NCBI GenBank assembly: GCA_045568075.1
Contig: JBJLBP010000001.1
Coordinates: 1,380,001 to 1,412,000, forward strand
Length of the DNA stretch: 32,000 nt
Direction: 5' to 3'
DNA from: Candidatus Thalassarchaeaceae archaeon
GTDB taxonomy: Archaea; Thermoplasmatota; Poseidoniia; Poseidoniales; Thalassarchaeaceae
Part shown: positions 1 to 8,631 of the stretch, in pieces
Layout: each line of letters opens with the position of its first letter
Position numbering within the stretch: position 1 is the stretch's first letter
The notes under the pieces: generated by a model
Databases searched by the model: none
Seen by the model: the letters and a program-made list of their open reading frames with translations, nothing else
Told to the model about the DNA's origin: nothing
Made by a program: the position numbers and the translations under genes

Positions 1-540
1 GTTCTCGATACAACACGAAATCTCGTCATAATCTCAGCCCAAGCTACTGATGGCTCCCGTCTCGACTACACATACGACGCCGAAGTTGGCTTCTTCTCCT
101 CGTTCACCTGGACCGATGCCGACGGTGTAGAACAACTCAGAATGCAATTTGCATCTGGCGGTGAAGGCCACACTGGAGAGGTATTCTTCATCCGCGGTGG
201 GGACCTTTACGCAAAAACTTGGGAGAATGCTGGTACCGATGCCGAATTCCGTGACACTTTCTTCGTCAGTAATCACCCGCAGGACGGTGAGTGGAACGAG
301 ATGATCTACTATCTCGACGCAGCTTGCGGAAGTGGTGGTTCGAGTATCACGCTGACGTTGCGCGATCACACTTCGGTCTCTGCTCTCGAGCGCTTTTGGG
401 GACCTGGGGCGGAGGAATATGGGACTCTAGGGACCATACCTTACCCAAGCGAGGAGTACACTCTGACTCTGACCTTCACAGGCGACTCAGATCTACGCCT
501 AATCATCGCCGGCGGAATCACCTATTCATGGTCTATCTGA
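1..540 (+). CDS. C-terminal part of a hypothetical protein (5' end lies outside the window)
   Basis: Frame 1 is open from base 1 to the TGA at 538-540. The listed 142..540 ORF is therefore only the tail of a longer gene. No family recognised. The next gene starts 9 nt downstream. Confidence 0.5.
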   Translation, partial: VLDTTRNLVIISAQATDGSRLDYTYDAEVGFFSSFTWTDADGVEQLRMQFASGGEGHTGEVFFIRGGDLYAKTWENAGTDAEFRDTFFVSNHPQDGEWNEMIYYLDAACGSGGSSITLTLRDHTSVSALERFWGPGAEEYGTLGTIPYPSEEYTLTLTFTGDSDLRLIIAGGITYSWSI

Positions 541-549
541 GGTAGCCAA

Positions 550-1143
550 ATGGCCAATGGCACACTTGTCATGCTCCATGGGATGACCGGGACCTCTGAC
601 AAAATGCAGCCGCTCGCTGAGCGACTTTGCCCGAGCGGCTGGGATGTATTATGCCCACAAGCCACCATCGAACATCCAACTCGTGGTGGCTTTGCTTGGT
701 GGCTGCGGGCAGATGACCCGACACTGCCTCTAGATGATTATTCGATGGGGCAGGTCGACGAATCGATGCAGCAGGTAATCAGTCAGATGCCCGATGGACC
801 GCTAATAGTAGGTGGGTTTTCTCAGGGTGGAGCGATTGCTTCCGCCCTACTCGAGACTGACTTGCAAGAGCGTATCCTCGGTCTCGTCCTTCTCGGAACC
901 AAGACTGTTAGACCAGATTCACTGACTGCTTGTCTGCCATTTCTTCATCCGCGCGAAGTAGTCTGGATGCATGGCTCGCGCGATCACTTGGTTCCTATGC
1001 ATCTAGCAGTTGAACAAGTTGAGATCTTTGAGGCGGCCGATTGGCCAGTCACTCGCCTCGAACATGAGAAGGGACATATGGTCAATCTCAATCAATTCGA
1101 TGAACTCAAAGCAGCCATCCAAAGGATGACTGATTCGGCCTGA
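550..1143 (+). CDS. alpha/beta hydrolase, phospholipase/carboxylesterase (Abhydrolase_2-like) family
   Basis: 197-aa ORF. LHGMTG near the N-terminus, nucleophile elbow GFSQGG, then SRDHLVP and KGHMV in the Ser-Asp-His order typical of this family. SD-like TGAGGT lies 8 nt upstream of the ATG. Confidence 0.8.
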   Translation: MANGTLVMLHGMTGTSDKMQPLAERLCPSGWDVLCPQATIEHPTRGGFAWWLRADDPTLPLDDYSMGQVDESMQQVISQMPDGPLIVGGFSQGGAIASALLETDLQERILGLVLLGTKTVRPDSLTACLPFLHPREVVWMHGSRDHLVPMHLAVEQVEIFEAADWPVTRLEHEKGHMVNLNQFDELKAAIQRMTDSA

Positions 1144-1164
1144 GTGAGTCGGAACAAAGCCCGC

Positions 1165-1434
1165 TCAGTCGAGATATTTGATCAGATGATCTGAGCCACC
1201 TACGAAGAGAGGTGTATCCCCTCTCATATCGAGGCATACTGGCACCGTTCGATGCCCGGTTTCTCTCACTACCTCAAAGCGAAGATCGCCCTCATGGTCG
1301 AAATTGACTACGGTGTAAGAGAGGTCCTTTGAGTCCAAAACTCGCTTTGCCACTGTGCAATAACGGCAGACTGTCTGAGTGAACAGAAGGAAGTCTGTCT
1401 CGCAGGATTCAAGCCAGTGCTGCATGCTCGTCAA
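1165..1434 (-). CDS. glutaredoxin-like small redox protein (CxxC = CRYC)
   Basis: 89 aa. FTQTVCRYCTVAKRVL active-site region, later RTVPVCL and GGSDHLIKYL, matching the glutaredoxin/NrdH fold pattern (CPYC...TVP...GG). Confidence 0.75.
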   Translation of the reverse strand: MTSMQHWLESCETDFLLFTQTVCRYCTVAKRVLDSKDLSYTVVNFDHEGDLRFEVVRETGHRTVPVCLDMRGDTPLFVGGSDHLIKYLD

Positions 1435-1481
1435 GGTCTACTCCCTCCATCAATTTGCCTTCTTTGGAAAACCAGTCTTCA

Positions 1482-4400
1482 TCATGCAGCTGTGACAGGG
1501 TCACCGCCTCCATCCTCATCCCACCAAGCGGACTCTCCTAAATCGGCATCCATGATTTCATTATCCTCGGATTTGTTCTCTAGAACCTTATTGCACTCAT
1601 CAGGATCGATGAAGAAGAGGAAAACCACTGTAATCATAGTTAGAGCAGCCCCCACATAGATGGCAGTTGAGTAGTTATTATTGAAAAGATCCAGCATTGT
1701 TCCTGTGAATGTGTAGGCCATTACAGCAGATAGGTTGAACATTGACATATAGGCTGTAAATTGTGTACCTCCAACCTTACTCCAAGTCATCTTCATCGCC
1801 ACGGCAATTACACAAATCCAAGCAACTCCGTTAATCAGACCTCGGATTATCAAGTAAGTTGTCATGATTGCAGTATTGGTCCAGTATGGCTGTAGAACTG
1901 CCAACAGAGCGTTTGCAGCGGCGAGACAGGTGAATCCAATCATAGCCACCTTCCTGACTCCGTACCTATCTCCTAGCATACCACCGGAGATTTGGCCAAG
2001 CATCGTGGCAAAGATAACTACGCCACCGACAATAAGGTTGTACTTCTCCTGCTCCCATCCTGCCCTGTTGATGAAGATGTCAAGCACGATTGGATCGACG
2101 AAGAGGTACAGCTCAGAGAGAAGGCATAGGAAGATCAGCAAGAATGACGATCTTAGTGAGAATGCCTTGGTCAAGTTGAAACTAGTCTGAGCCAGAGTTC
2201 TCCTAGAGGATTGGGGCAACAAAGAAAATGGATTGGGCACTGACAATGACCGGTCTGCTGTTTTCCATAGTTTGGTCGTAACAAAATACACAATTACAGC
2301 GAGTACTAAGCCCCAGAATGCGACTGTCTTAGCCAAACCGTAAATTGGAACTGTCAAGTCCACTGAGACGATTGCGAACAATAGGCCGGATATGAAGATA
2401 AATATCGAGATCATAGTGATAAATGCTGGAAGGGAAATTTTCTCGTTGAATGTGGACTTACCCACGGCCACAGCAGCCCACCACTTCGATTCCTCCGAGT
2501 CCTCCCAGTATAGATTCTCATCTACGAAATCTGAAGCAACAGACTGATCTATTGAGGAAGTGGTTTCATCCTCCTCCGACCTACTGGACCAGGGGAATAG
2601 CCGAGTTCCTGGCTTCTCATAGAGGAACAGTGGTAGGATCATTATCAGAAGAAGCAGTGGCAATTGGATGGATAGCATGCCCCTTATTCCTATCTTGGTA
2701 GCGAATCCTCCTAGAACGGCTCCACCAATGATCATCCCTGCTCGCTTGGATGCAAACATGTACCCATTGGCCTTGGAGACCTCATCATCGAGAAGTACGT
2801 CCACGGCCAGTGCATCGGTACTTACGTCCTGAAGTGAGGCGAATATATTGTGAATGAATAGTAATTTGATTACCAGACCTAGTTCGTTCTTCAAGTCTGG
2901 AATTAGGAGTAGAGTCCCTATGGAAATAGCCATACCGAACTGCGCGAAAATAATCCAAAGCCTCCGAGAGCCAAATTGTGGCATATTCACCGTATCAATT
3001 ACTGGCCCCCAAATCCACTTGAATGTCCAAGGCAGTGCAATTGTGGCGAATAGTGTAGCAATCTCTTGAGGAGTAAGTCCGTTGTCAGCCAGATATGCAG
3101 CGAAGGCGACTGAGGCGAATCCCCAAGGCAAACCCTGAGCGAAGTAAAGGACGCAAAGAGATACCATCCTTCTGATTCTATTCTCAGTCAGACTCTGACT
3201 TTCGAACCACTCTTCTGTAAGTTGTTCTCTGTTGTAGAGTACGAACCCGACTAGGACTGCTAGCATCAGTCCGACTCCGATAATCAGTACGTTTGTGCTA
3301 CTAGCCCCACTAGAGGCGACTGCAGACGCAGGTTGGTCTAGCAGTATCACTCGACGGGCATCGACCGGGGAGACGTGGCCATCATCGACGATAAGCCTAG
3401 CATAAATCGTCGAGTTTCCGGACTCCGAATGCGGATCCAGTTTGATGCTCCATTTTGACCAGTCATCCAGTGGAGAGTCATCATCCGCAATCTTCCATTC
3501 TCCGCCACCTACTCGTACCTCAATCCTAGTCTGACTACCTGGGCTAGATGATCCTACATCTGCTCCGGATGATGAGCCACGTATGTAGCTCTCATTGCCG
3601 ATTTCTTGCATCGTGACGATCTCCATGCTCACATTGAGCGATGTGTCGATGCTTCCTGCTGCCTCCACGAAAGCCATCGGATCGGCCTGACCGTAGCCGA
3701 ATTCGTTGTCAGGGCGAGTCTCGAGAAGGCTGCAATCGTTGAATCCAGGATCGCCTAGACTAATCTCACGCTCGATTGCGTGGGCAGCAAGGATATCCTT
3801 GAATTCGGAATGAGTGAGGTCTGGATTAGCCTCCTTCATCAGAGCCGCGATTCCGGCCATGAGAGGCGTAGCCATGCTGGTTCCAGACTTGCTGGTGTAA
3901 CCATCATTTGTCGCGGCGTCTGGTGCCATGATGTTTGAGCCGATGGTCGAAATGTCGGGCTTAACTCGGCCATCTGAGGTGTAACCTCGGCTAGAGTAGA
4001 TAGCCAATCCGAGATTCTTGTCGAGGGATGCAACCGTGACTGGAAGATTGGCATCTCCTGGGCTGTCGATGGTATTGCAACCGGCAGCAGTGATTCCACC
4101 GAGCTCGTTGCCAGCAGACAGCGTGGTGATGATATCGGACTCTGCGACAGCATCCATCTGTCGGCTCCAAGTGCTTGAGCCATCGTTGTCAAAGTGAACC
4201 TCAAATTGCTGCTCACCCAAAGAGGAGGTGAGGATGTCAATACCGTGACGATCCTTGTTGTCGATGGCCCACTGAGCGCCCTCGATGATGTCCTCAATAT
4301 CCCCCTCACAACAGGCGAGGATGTTGATTACCCAGGCTCCGGGTGCTGTTCCGATGTATCGGGAGCCGTCGGGGGAAGCTTGTCCGCCGCCGGTTCCAGC

Positions 4401-5195
4401 AGCGATGCCAGCCACGTGAGAACCATGAGTTCCCGAATCGAATGACTCGCTGGCTGGCTGTTCTGAATCGGTATATACCGCATCGTAGAATGCCTTGACC
4501 TTCGGATCACAATCAGCTGGAATCGGGTCAGGATTCGGGTCTAGAGGGTTTGGAGGTTCGTCGATACAAGTGAATGGGTCGTCGTCCATATCGTTGAGAC
4601 CTTCGTGGTCTCCTCTGACTCCTGTATCGAGCACAGCAATCGTGACTCCTGTTCCATCAAAGCCGTATTCAGCCCAAACATCGTTGACTCCCATATTCGG
4701 ATTGGCTTCGTTCATGTGAGGTTCCGCCAATCCGAGATCTTCGAGCATAACCAATCCACTGAGCTCGAATAACGGGCTCCCCTCACCAATCAATTCGAGA
4801 GGTATCGATGCACCCAACGTATCGAGATAAGTCGCCCTGAAAGTCACTATGACGCCCATCGACTCAAGAGCCGAAACGTCCGCATCGCTCGGGTGGTGAT
4901 CAAAACCAATGAAGACCCGAGCGTGTCCAGCAGGAGCTCGTCTCCACCAATCCTCTTGGAAATCGACTGGTTGTTCAAGCAACCACTCCAGTCGGTCATC
5001 AATCGAATCATGATCCTTGTCACGGCTCCAATCAAGCCACCACTCATGATGAAGTGGAAGTTCGACGCTTTCCGTCCAAACGCCATCAGCGTCGTAGCCG
5101 CCTCGGCCTTCATTGACTACCAAAGTAGAGGCTGCCATAGGCAGAATCAGTACCAGAATCAATGCACTTGCAACGAGGGTACGGCGTCCTACCAT
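1482..5195 (-). CDS. membrane protein fusing an N-terminal secreted subtilisin-like (S8) protease to a C-terminal AmpG/PAT-family MFS permease
   Basis: The 1304-aa ORF is trimmed to Met68 (ATG at 5195-5193). There a signal/anchor sequence RRTLVASALILVLILPMAAS begins, and the overlap with the upstream kinase gene disappears. S8 triad motifs in D-H-S order: AVLDTGV, THGSHVAGIAAGTG, SGTSMATPLMAG. A single TM helix VLIIGVGLMLAVLVGFVLY lies at about 3234-3290. The MFS half aligns by eye to E. coli AmpG: LYFAQGLPWGF, FKWIWGPVIDT...FGSRR, and SLQDVSTDALAVDVL. Confidence 0.85.
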   Translation of the reverse strand: MVGRRTLVASALILVLILPMAASTLVVNEGRGGYDADGVWTESVELPLHHEWWLDWSRDKDHDSIDDRLEWLLEQPVDFQEDWWRRAPAGHARVFIGFDHHPSDADVSALESMGVIVTFRATYLDTLGASIPLELIGEGSPLFELSGLVMLEDLGLAEPHMNEANPNMGVNDVWAEYGFDGTGVTIAVLDTGVRGDHEGLNDMDDDPFTCIDEPPNPLDPNPDPIPADCDPKVKAFYDAVYTDSEQPASESFDSGTHGSHVAGIAAGTGGGQASPDGSRYIGTAPGAWVINILACCEGDIEDIIEGAQWAIDNKDRHGIDILTSSLGEQQFEVHFDNDGSSTWSRQMDAVAESDIITTLSAGNELGGITAAGCNTIDSPGDANLPVTVASLDKNLGLAIYSSRGYTSDGRVKPDISTIGSNIMAPDAATNDGYTSKSGTSMATPLMAGIAALMKEANPDLTHSEFKDILAAHAIEREISLGDPGFNDCSLLETRPDNEFGYGQADPMAFVEAAGSIDTSLNVSMEIVTMQEIGNESYIRGSSSGADVGSSSPGSQTRIEVRVGGGEWKIADDDSPLDDWSKWSIKLDPHSESGNSTIYARLIVDDGHVSPVDARRVILLDQPASAVASSGASSTNVLIIGVGLMLAVLVGFVLYNREQLTEEWFESQSLTENRIRRMVSLCVLYFAQGLPWGFASVAFAAYLADNGLTPQEIATLFATIALPWTFKWIWGPVIDTVNMPQFGSRRLWIIFAQFGMAISIGTLLLIPDLKNELGLVIKLLFIHNIFASLQDVSTDALAVDVLLDDEVSKANGYMFASKRAGMIIGGAVLGGFATKIGIRGMLSIQLPLLLLIMILPLFLYEKPGTRLFPWSSRSEEDETTSSIDQSVASDFVDENLYWEDSEESKWWAAVAVGKSTFNEKISLPAFITMISIFIFISGLLFAIVSVDLTVPIYGLAKTVAFWGLVLAVIVYFVTTKLWKTADRSLSVPNPFSLLPQSSRRTLAQTSFNLTKAFSLRSSFLLIFLCLLSELYLFVDPIVLDIFINRAGWEQEKYNLIVGGVVIFATMLGQISGGMLGDRYGVRKVAMIGFTCLAAANALLAVLQPYWTNTAIMTTYLIIRGLINGVAWICVIAVAMKMTWSKVGGTQFTAYMSMFNLSAVMAYTFTGTMLDLFNNNYSTAIYVGAALTMITVVFLFFIDPDECNKVLENKSEDNEIMDADLGESAWWDEDGGGDPVTAA

Positions 5196-5248
5196 GGGTA
5201 GGACGAATCTAATGCCATGTTTGAGGGTTCGCCCGGAATAATTCGCTC

Positions 5249-6100
5249 TCAGCAAATCGCGACTCCTTCTTCCTCGAAATCCCAGTCGATTATTTCCCAA
5301 CCTAATCTCTCGATGTCTGAACGGACTGATGATACATGCATCGGATTGCACAACAAAGCAGCGCATCCACCCGCTCCTGCTCCCAAGGCTTTCCAAGCCA
5401 TTACCGTACCACTGCTAAGCAATGGATCGATGACTGAGCGGAATGGATCGTGTATCGAGGGATCGATCAAATCGACCCCTCGGCAGACCTCGTTGAGAGC
5501 CTCGACGACCAGTTGTCGCTGGTCTCTCTGGAGAGCATCTACCATGGTCCGGGAAGAGAGTCTGATGGCCTTCAGACCCTCGATGACCTGAGCGTCGCCC
5601 TCATCGTAACGTGACCAGACGCGATTCTGGATATCCCCTGATTTGTGAGAGATTCCCGAGTGGGCGATTAGGAGATGTTTTTTCAGCCATTTTCGGGCTG
5701 ATGGCGCTGGCTCGAATGGCAATCTTTCGACCGAGTCAGCGATGAATAAAAATCGGTTGAAACCGCCGTGTGTTGCGGCCCATTGATCCTGGCGACCGCA
5801 GCGGTTTCCCGCCGCATTTTCAGCTTGGTAGGCGGCTTCTGCTAATTCATCTGGTGACATCGCTTCGATACCTTGCAGTGCGGCGATTTTAGCGACGTTC
5901 AGGGCTCCGCTTGTCCCGAGTCCTGAGCCCGCAGGGACATCGAAGCTGAACGAAACTTGACCAGCACCATCTGAGTGGGCTGTGACGTACTTGTTGATGG
6001 TGAAATTGACGACCTCCCCCCCGAAGTCATTGGTGAATGGTACAAGGTCGGTCCAGCCTCCTGTGAGATCCACTCGGAGCGGAGCCCGGACAGTTACCAT
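5249..6100 (-). CDS. GHMP-family sugar kinase (HddA/fucokinase-like)
   Basis: 283 aa. N-terminal RAPLRVDLTGGWTDL, GHMP ATP-binding motif PAGSGLGTSGALNVA, and GRQDQWAATHGGFN. All three are typical of the HddA/fucokinase branch of GHMP kinases. Confidence 0.8.
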   Translation of the reverse strand: MVTVRAPLRVDLTGGWTDLVPFTNDFGGEVVNFTINKYVTAHSDGAGQVSFSFDVPAGSGLGTSGALNVAKIAALQGIEAMSPDELAEAAYQAENAAGNRCGRQDQWAATHGGFNRFLFIADSVERLPFEPAPSARKWLKKHLLIAHSGISHKSGDIQNRVWSRYDEGDAQVIEGLKAIRLSSRTMVDALQRDQRQLVVEALNEVCRGVDLIDPSIHDPFRSVIDPLLSSGTVMAWKALGAGAGGCAALLCNPMHVSSVRSDIERLGWEIIDWDFEEEGVAIC

Positions 6101-6246
6101 AACCGTGCCCTATGGTCAACTCATTACAACCCTGCGACGAACTACAAAACAATCTGGCATTGAATATCGATGATAGATGGTCTCGACAATGGAGGTGTGA
6201 CGGCAGCACCTAGGTCAGAAGTCGGGACCGTAAATCAAGGGTATCA

Positions 6247-6975
6247 ATGACCTCTCCCAAGAGCGTGTCATCCAGTGTGGACGAGGTCATTGCAGCATTC
6301 GCTGCCGGCCAGCCAGTGATGGTCTTCGATTCGGATTTTCGCGAGAAGGAGACCGATCTTCTTTGGCCGGCCACCGCCGCAACTCCAGAGGTAATGCGCA
6401 CCCTGCGCAAGGACTGCGGCGGACTTCTCTTTCTCGCAGTCGGCGATGAAATCGGCAAAATGTTCGGATTACCCTGGCTTCAGGACATTCACACACACCC
6501 AGCCCTCGTCGAACAGAATCCTGTGCTCGGCCATCTCATCACCAATGATCTGCAATATGATGCTCGGTCAGCATTCACTCTCTCAATCAACCACCGTGAT
6601 ACCTACACTGGAATCACCGACCGAGACCGAGCCCTGACAACTCGACGATTTGGAGAGTTAGCCGGAGAACTTCTCGGTCAAGACAGCGCGGGCGAAGAAG
6701 CATACGCTCTGCTCGGCGCTGAGTTCCGTACACCTGGGCACATCCCGGTTTGCCGAGAGTCCCCAGGAGGCTTGGCCACGCGACAGGGGCACACCGAACT
6801 CGCAGTGGCCATCGCGCGGCTCGCGGGCCAAGTGCCCGCGACCATCGGCGCGGAGATGCTGCAGCCAGACGGCGACGGTGCCCTGAGCGTCGCAGCAGCA
6901 CGTGAGTATGCGTCAGAGCGTGGCATTCCTATGATTACCGGAGCGGACCTTTTGGGTGCGTTGGGAATCGAGTAA
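6247..6975 (+). CDS. ribB: 3,4-dihydroxy-2-butanone 4-phosphate synthase (archaeal type)
   Basis: 242 aa. It aligns along its length with my recollection of M. jannaschii RibB: VFDSDFREKETDL, RKDCGGLLF, SINHRDTYTGITDRDRA, FRTPGHI, RQGHTELAVAIARLAG. Confidence 0.9.
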   Translation: MTSPKSVSSSVDEVIAAFAAGQPVMVFDSDFREKETDLLWPATAATPEVMRTLRKDCGGLLFLAVGDEIGKMFGLPWLQDIHTHPALVEQNPVLGHLITNDLQYDARSAFTLSINHRDTYTGITDRDRALTTRRFGELAGELLGQDSAGEEAYALLGAEFRTPGHIPVCRESPGGLATRQGHTELAVAIARLAGQVPATIGAEMLQPDGDGALSVAAAREYASERGIPMITGADLLGALGIE

Positions 6976-7037
6976 CATCGGAGCGATGAGTCGAGGCAAC
7001 CGAAGCATTGACGGGATTCAACGGGTGGGAGAGATTG

Positions 7038-7496
7038 ATGGTCAGAGTCATGGCAGTCGGAGTTTTCGACCTGCTGCACGCCGGCCACCTGCACTATGTT
7101 GAGCAAGCAAAGTCACTCGGGGACGAACTCGTGGTCGTAGTCGCACACGATGATACGGTTCGCAAGCAGAAACACGAACCAGTGACTAATCAGGACCTGC
7201 GTCAGCGAATGGTCCAGGGCTTGAAGCCAGTCGATGAGGCGATTATCGGGAATCCACCGACTGTTCCAATCTTCGACATCTTGGATGTCGTCAAACCCGA
7301 TGTGATTGCACTAGGTTACGATCAGAAACACTCTCGTGATTCAATCAAGGCTGGTCTGGATTCGAATGGCTGGGGCCATGTGGATGTCGTGCGGGTCGAA
7401 GGTTTGGCTGACGATTTGGATGGTACTCGCAAAATCATTGCTCGGATCATCGACCTTTGGTCGGGCGAGACTGGCGGACCTTACGAGGAGGATTGA
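7038..7496 (+). CDS. ribL: archaeal FAD synthase (cytidylyltransferase-fold, RibL-like)
   Basis: Start moved to the internal ATG giving MVRVMAVGVFDLLHAGHLHYVEQAKSLGDELVVVVAHDDTV. This is the (T/H)xGH nucleotidyltransferase motif and overall pattern of archaeal RibL. It sits between ribB and ribE. Confidence 0.8.
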   Translation: MVRVMAVGVFDLLHAGHLHYVEQAKSLGDELVVVVAHDDTVRKQKHEPVTNQDLRQRMVQGLKPVDEAIIGNPPTVPIFDILDVVKPDVIALGYDQKHSRDSIKAGLDSNGWGHVDVVRVEGLADDLDGTRKIIARIIDLWSGETGGPYEED

Positions 7497-7498
7497 GT

Positions 7499-8101
7499 AT
7501 GTTCACCGGCATCGTGGCTGGGATTAGTCAGATTACTGCCATCGAGGACGGCGAAGAGATTCGCAGTTTTGTTGTGGACCTCGCTGGATTCGACGAGGGG
7601 CTCGAGGTCGGAGCAAGTGTCGCGCTTGATGGCGTTTGCATGACTGTGGTCTCAATTGAGGGTACGGTGGTTCGCTTCGATGCGATACCTGAGACTCTTG
7701 ATCGAACGACCCTGGGTGGCTTGGTTGCGGAGGATTGGGTGAATGTTGAGCGCTCACTTCGCATGGGTGATGAGCTCGGTGGTCACATCCTTTCTGGACA
7801 CATTTTGATGACTGCGCGGATTCTGCAACGAACTGAGCGTGGTGAGGGTGTCGACTTGTTAATCGAGAATCCTACCGAAGCTATTCCGTACATTCTGGAG
7901 AAGGGCTATGTCGCTGTCGATGGAATGTCATTGACAGTTGGTGAGGTTAGTGAGTCTAGCTTCGCCTTACACATTATTCCCGAAACGCTGAGGGTCACGA
8001 CGATAGGTGAGAAGCAAGTCGGCCATTCTGTGAATATCGAGATTGATTCTCGCACTCAGGCTGTTGTCGACACGATTCGACGTATGGGGGTGGAGTCGTG
8101 A
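7499..8101 (+). CDS. ribE: riboflavin synthase, bacterial/eukaryal (two-barrel) type
   Basis: Start at the ATG at 7499, 2 nt after the ribL stop, giving the canonical MFTGIV N-terminus. There is an internal duplication of the lumazine-binding barrel: VGASVALDGVCMTV and GYVAVDGMSLTV. Confidence 0.9.
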   Translation: MFTGIVAGISQITAIEDGEEIRSFVVDLAGFDEGLEVGASVALDGVCMTVVSIEGTVVRFDAIPETLDRTTLGGLVAEDWVNVERSLRMGDELGGHILSGHILMTARILQRTERGEGVDLLIENPTEAIPYILEKGYVAVDGMSLTVGEVSESSFALHIIPETLRVTTIGEKQVGHSVNIEIDSRTQAVVDTIRRMGVES

Positions 8102-8493
8102 GGATCGCAGCGGTGTGTGGTTCCTTTCACAAGGCAGAGGTTGAGCAGATGCTTGAGCATGCGCGCGACGAAGCCGTCTCGAAGAATGCAGAGGTGACTG
8201 AGGCTGTCTGGGTTCCTGGCTCGATGGAAGCGCCATTGGCCTTGGAGAGATTGCTGATGCGAGAGGATGTCGATGGGGCGATTGCACTTGGTATAATCGA
8301 GCGTGGTCAGACTCAACACGGTCTGGTCATGGGTCAATCGGTTACCCGTGCTATCATCGAATTGCAAATCAAACACAACAAGCCGATTGGACTTGGAATT
8401 ATTGGGCCTGGGGCTGAGCCAGAACACATTGAACCCCGCCTTGAACCGCATGCCCGCGCCGCTGTCGGCGCGGTAATCGCAATGCAGAATTGA
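8098..8493 (+). CDS. ribH: 6,7-dimethyl-8-ribityllumazine synthase (short archaeal type)
   Basis: 131 aa. GTG start overlaps the ribE stop (GTGA). VPGSMEAPLALERLL...DVDGAIALGIIERGQTQHG...KPIGLGIIGPG matches the archaeal lumazine synthase pattern. Confidence 0.85.
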   Translation: MRIAAVCGSFHKAEVEQMLEHARDEAVSKNAEVTEAVWVPGSMEAPLALERLLMREDVDGAIALGIIERGQTQHGLVMGQSVTRAIIELQIKHNKPIGLGIIGPGAEPEHIEPRLEPHARAAVGAVIAMQN

Positions 8494-8535
8494 GTGTAGA
8501 ATCTCAGACTCTTCTCGCCTTCAAGCGACAGCATA

Positions 8536-8551
8536 CATGATTGAAATCATG
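8536..8551. promoter_or_regulatory. perfect palindrome CATGATT-GA-AATCATG between ribH and trxB
   Basis: 7-bp inverted arms with a 2-nt spacer, read directly. It lies 43 nt after the ribH stop and about 80 nt before the trxB ATG. It could be an operator or a weak terminator stem. Confidence 0.3.
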
Positions 8552-8631
8552 CTGCAAGGGTTCCAAAGTCAGTATCAAAGCACAAATCACGAGAGTCAAT
8601 GTTCAAAGAACGCCGAACATTGGGTGAGGTT

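Noticed and set aside
4520-4600. Pro/Asp-rich insertion DDDPFTCIDEPPNPLDPNPDPIPADCDP inside the S8 domain of the fusion protein
   Set aside because: It is a surface-loop insertion between the catalytic Asp and His. Subtilases commonly have such insertions, so it is not evidence of a separate feature.
5196-5396. The first 67 codons of the listed 1304-aa minus-strand ORF (MESLGSRSGW...)
   Set aside because: They overlap the 3' end of the GHMP kinase gene (5249..6100) and have no signal or domain features. A typical signal/anchor sequence begins exactly at Met68 (ATG at 5195). The extension is most likely untranslated.
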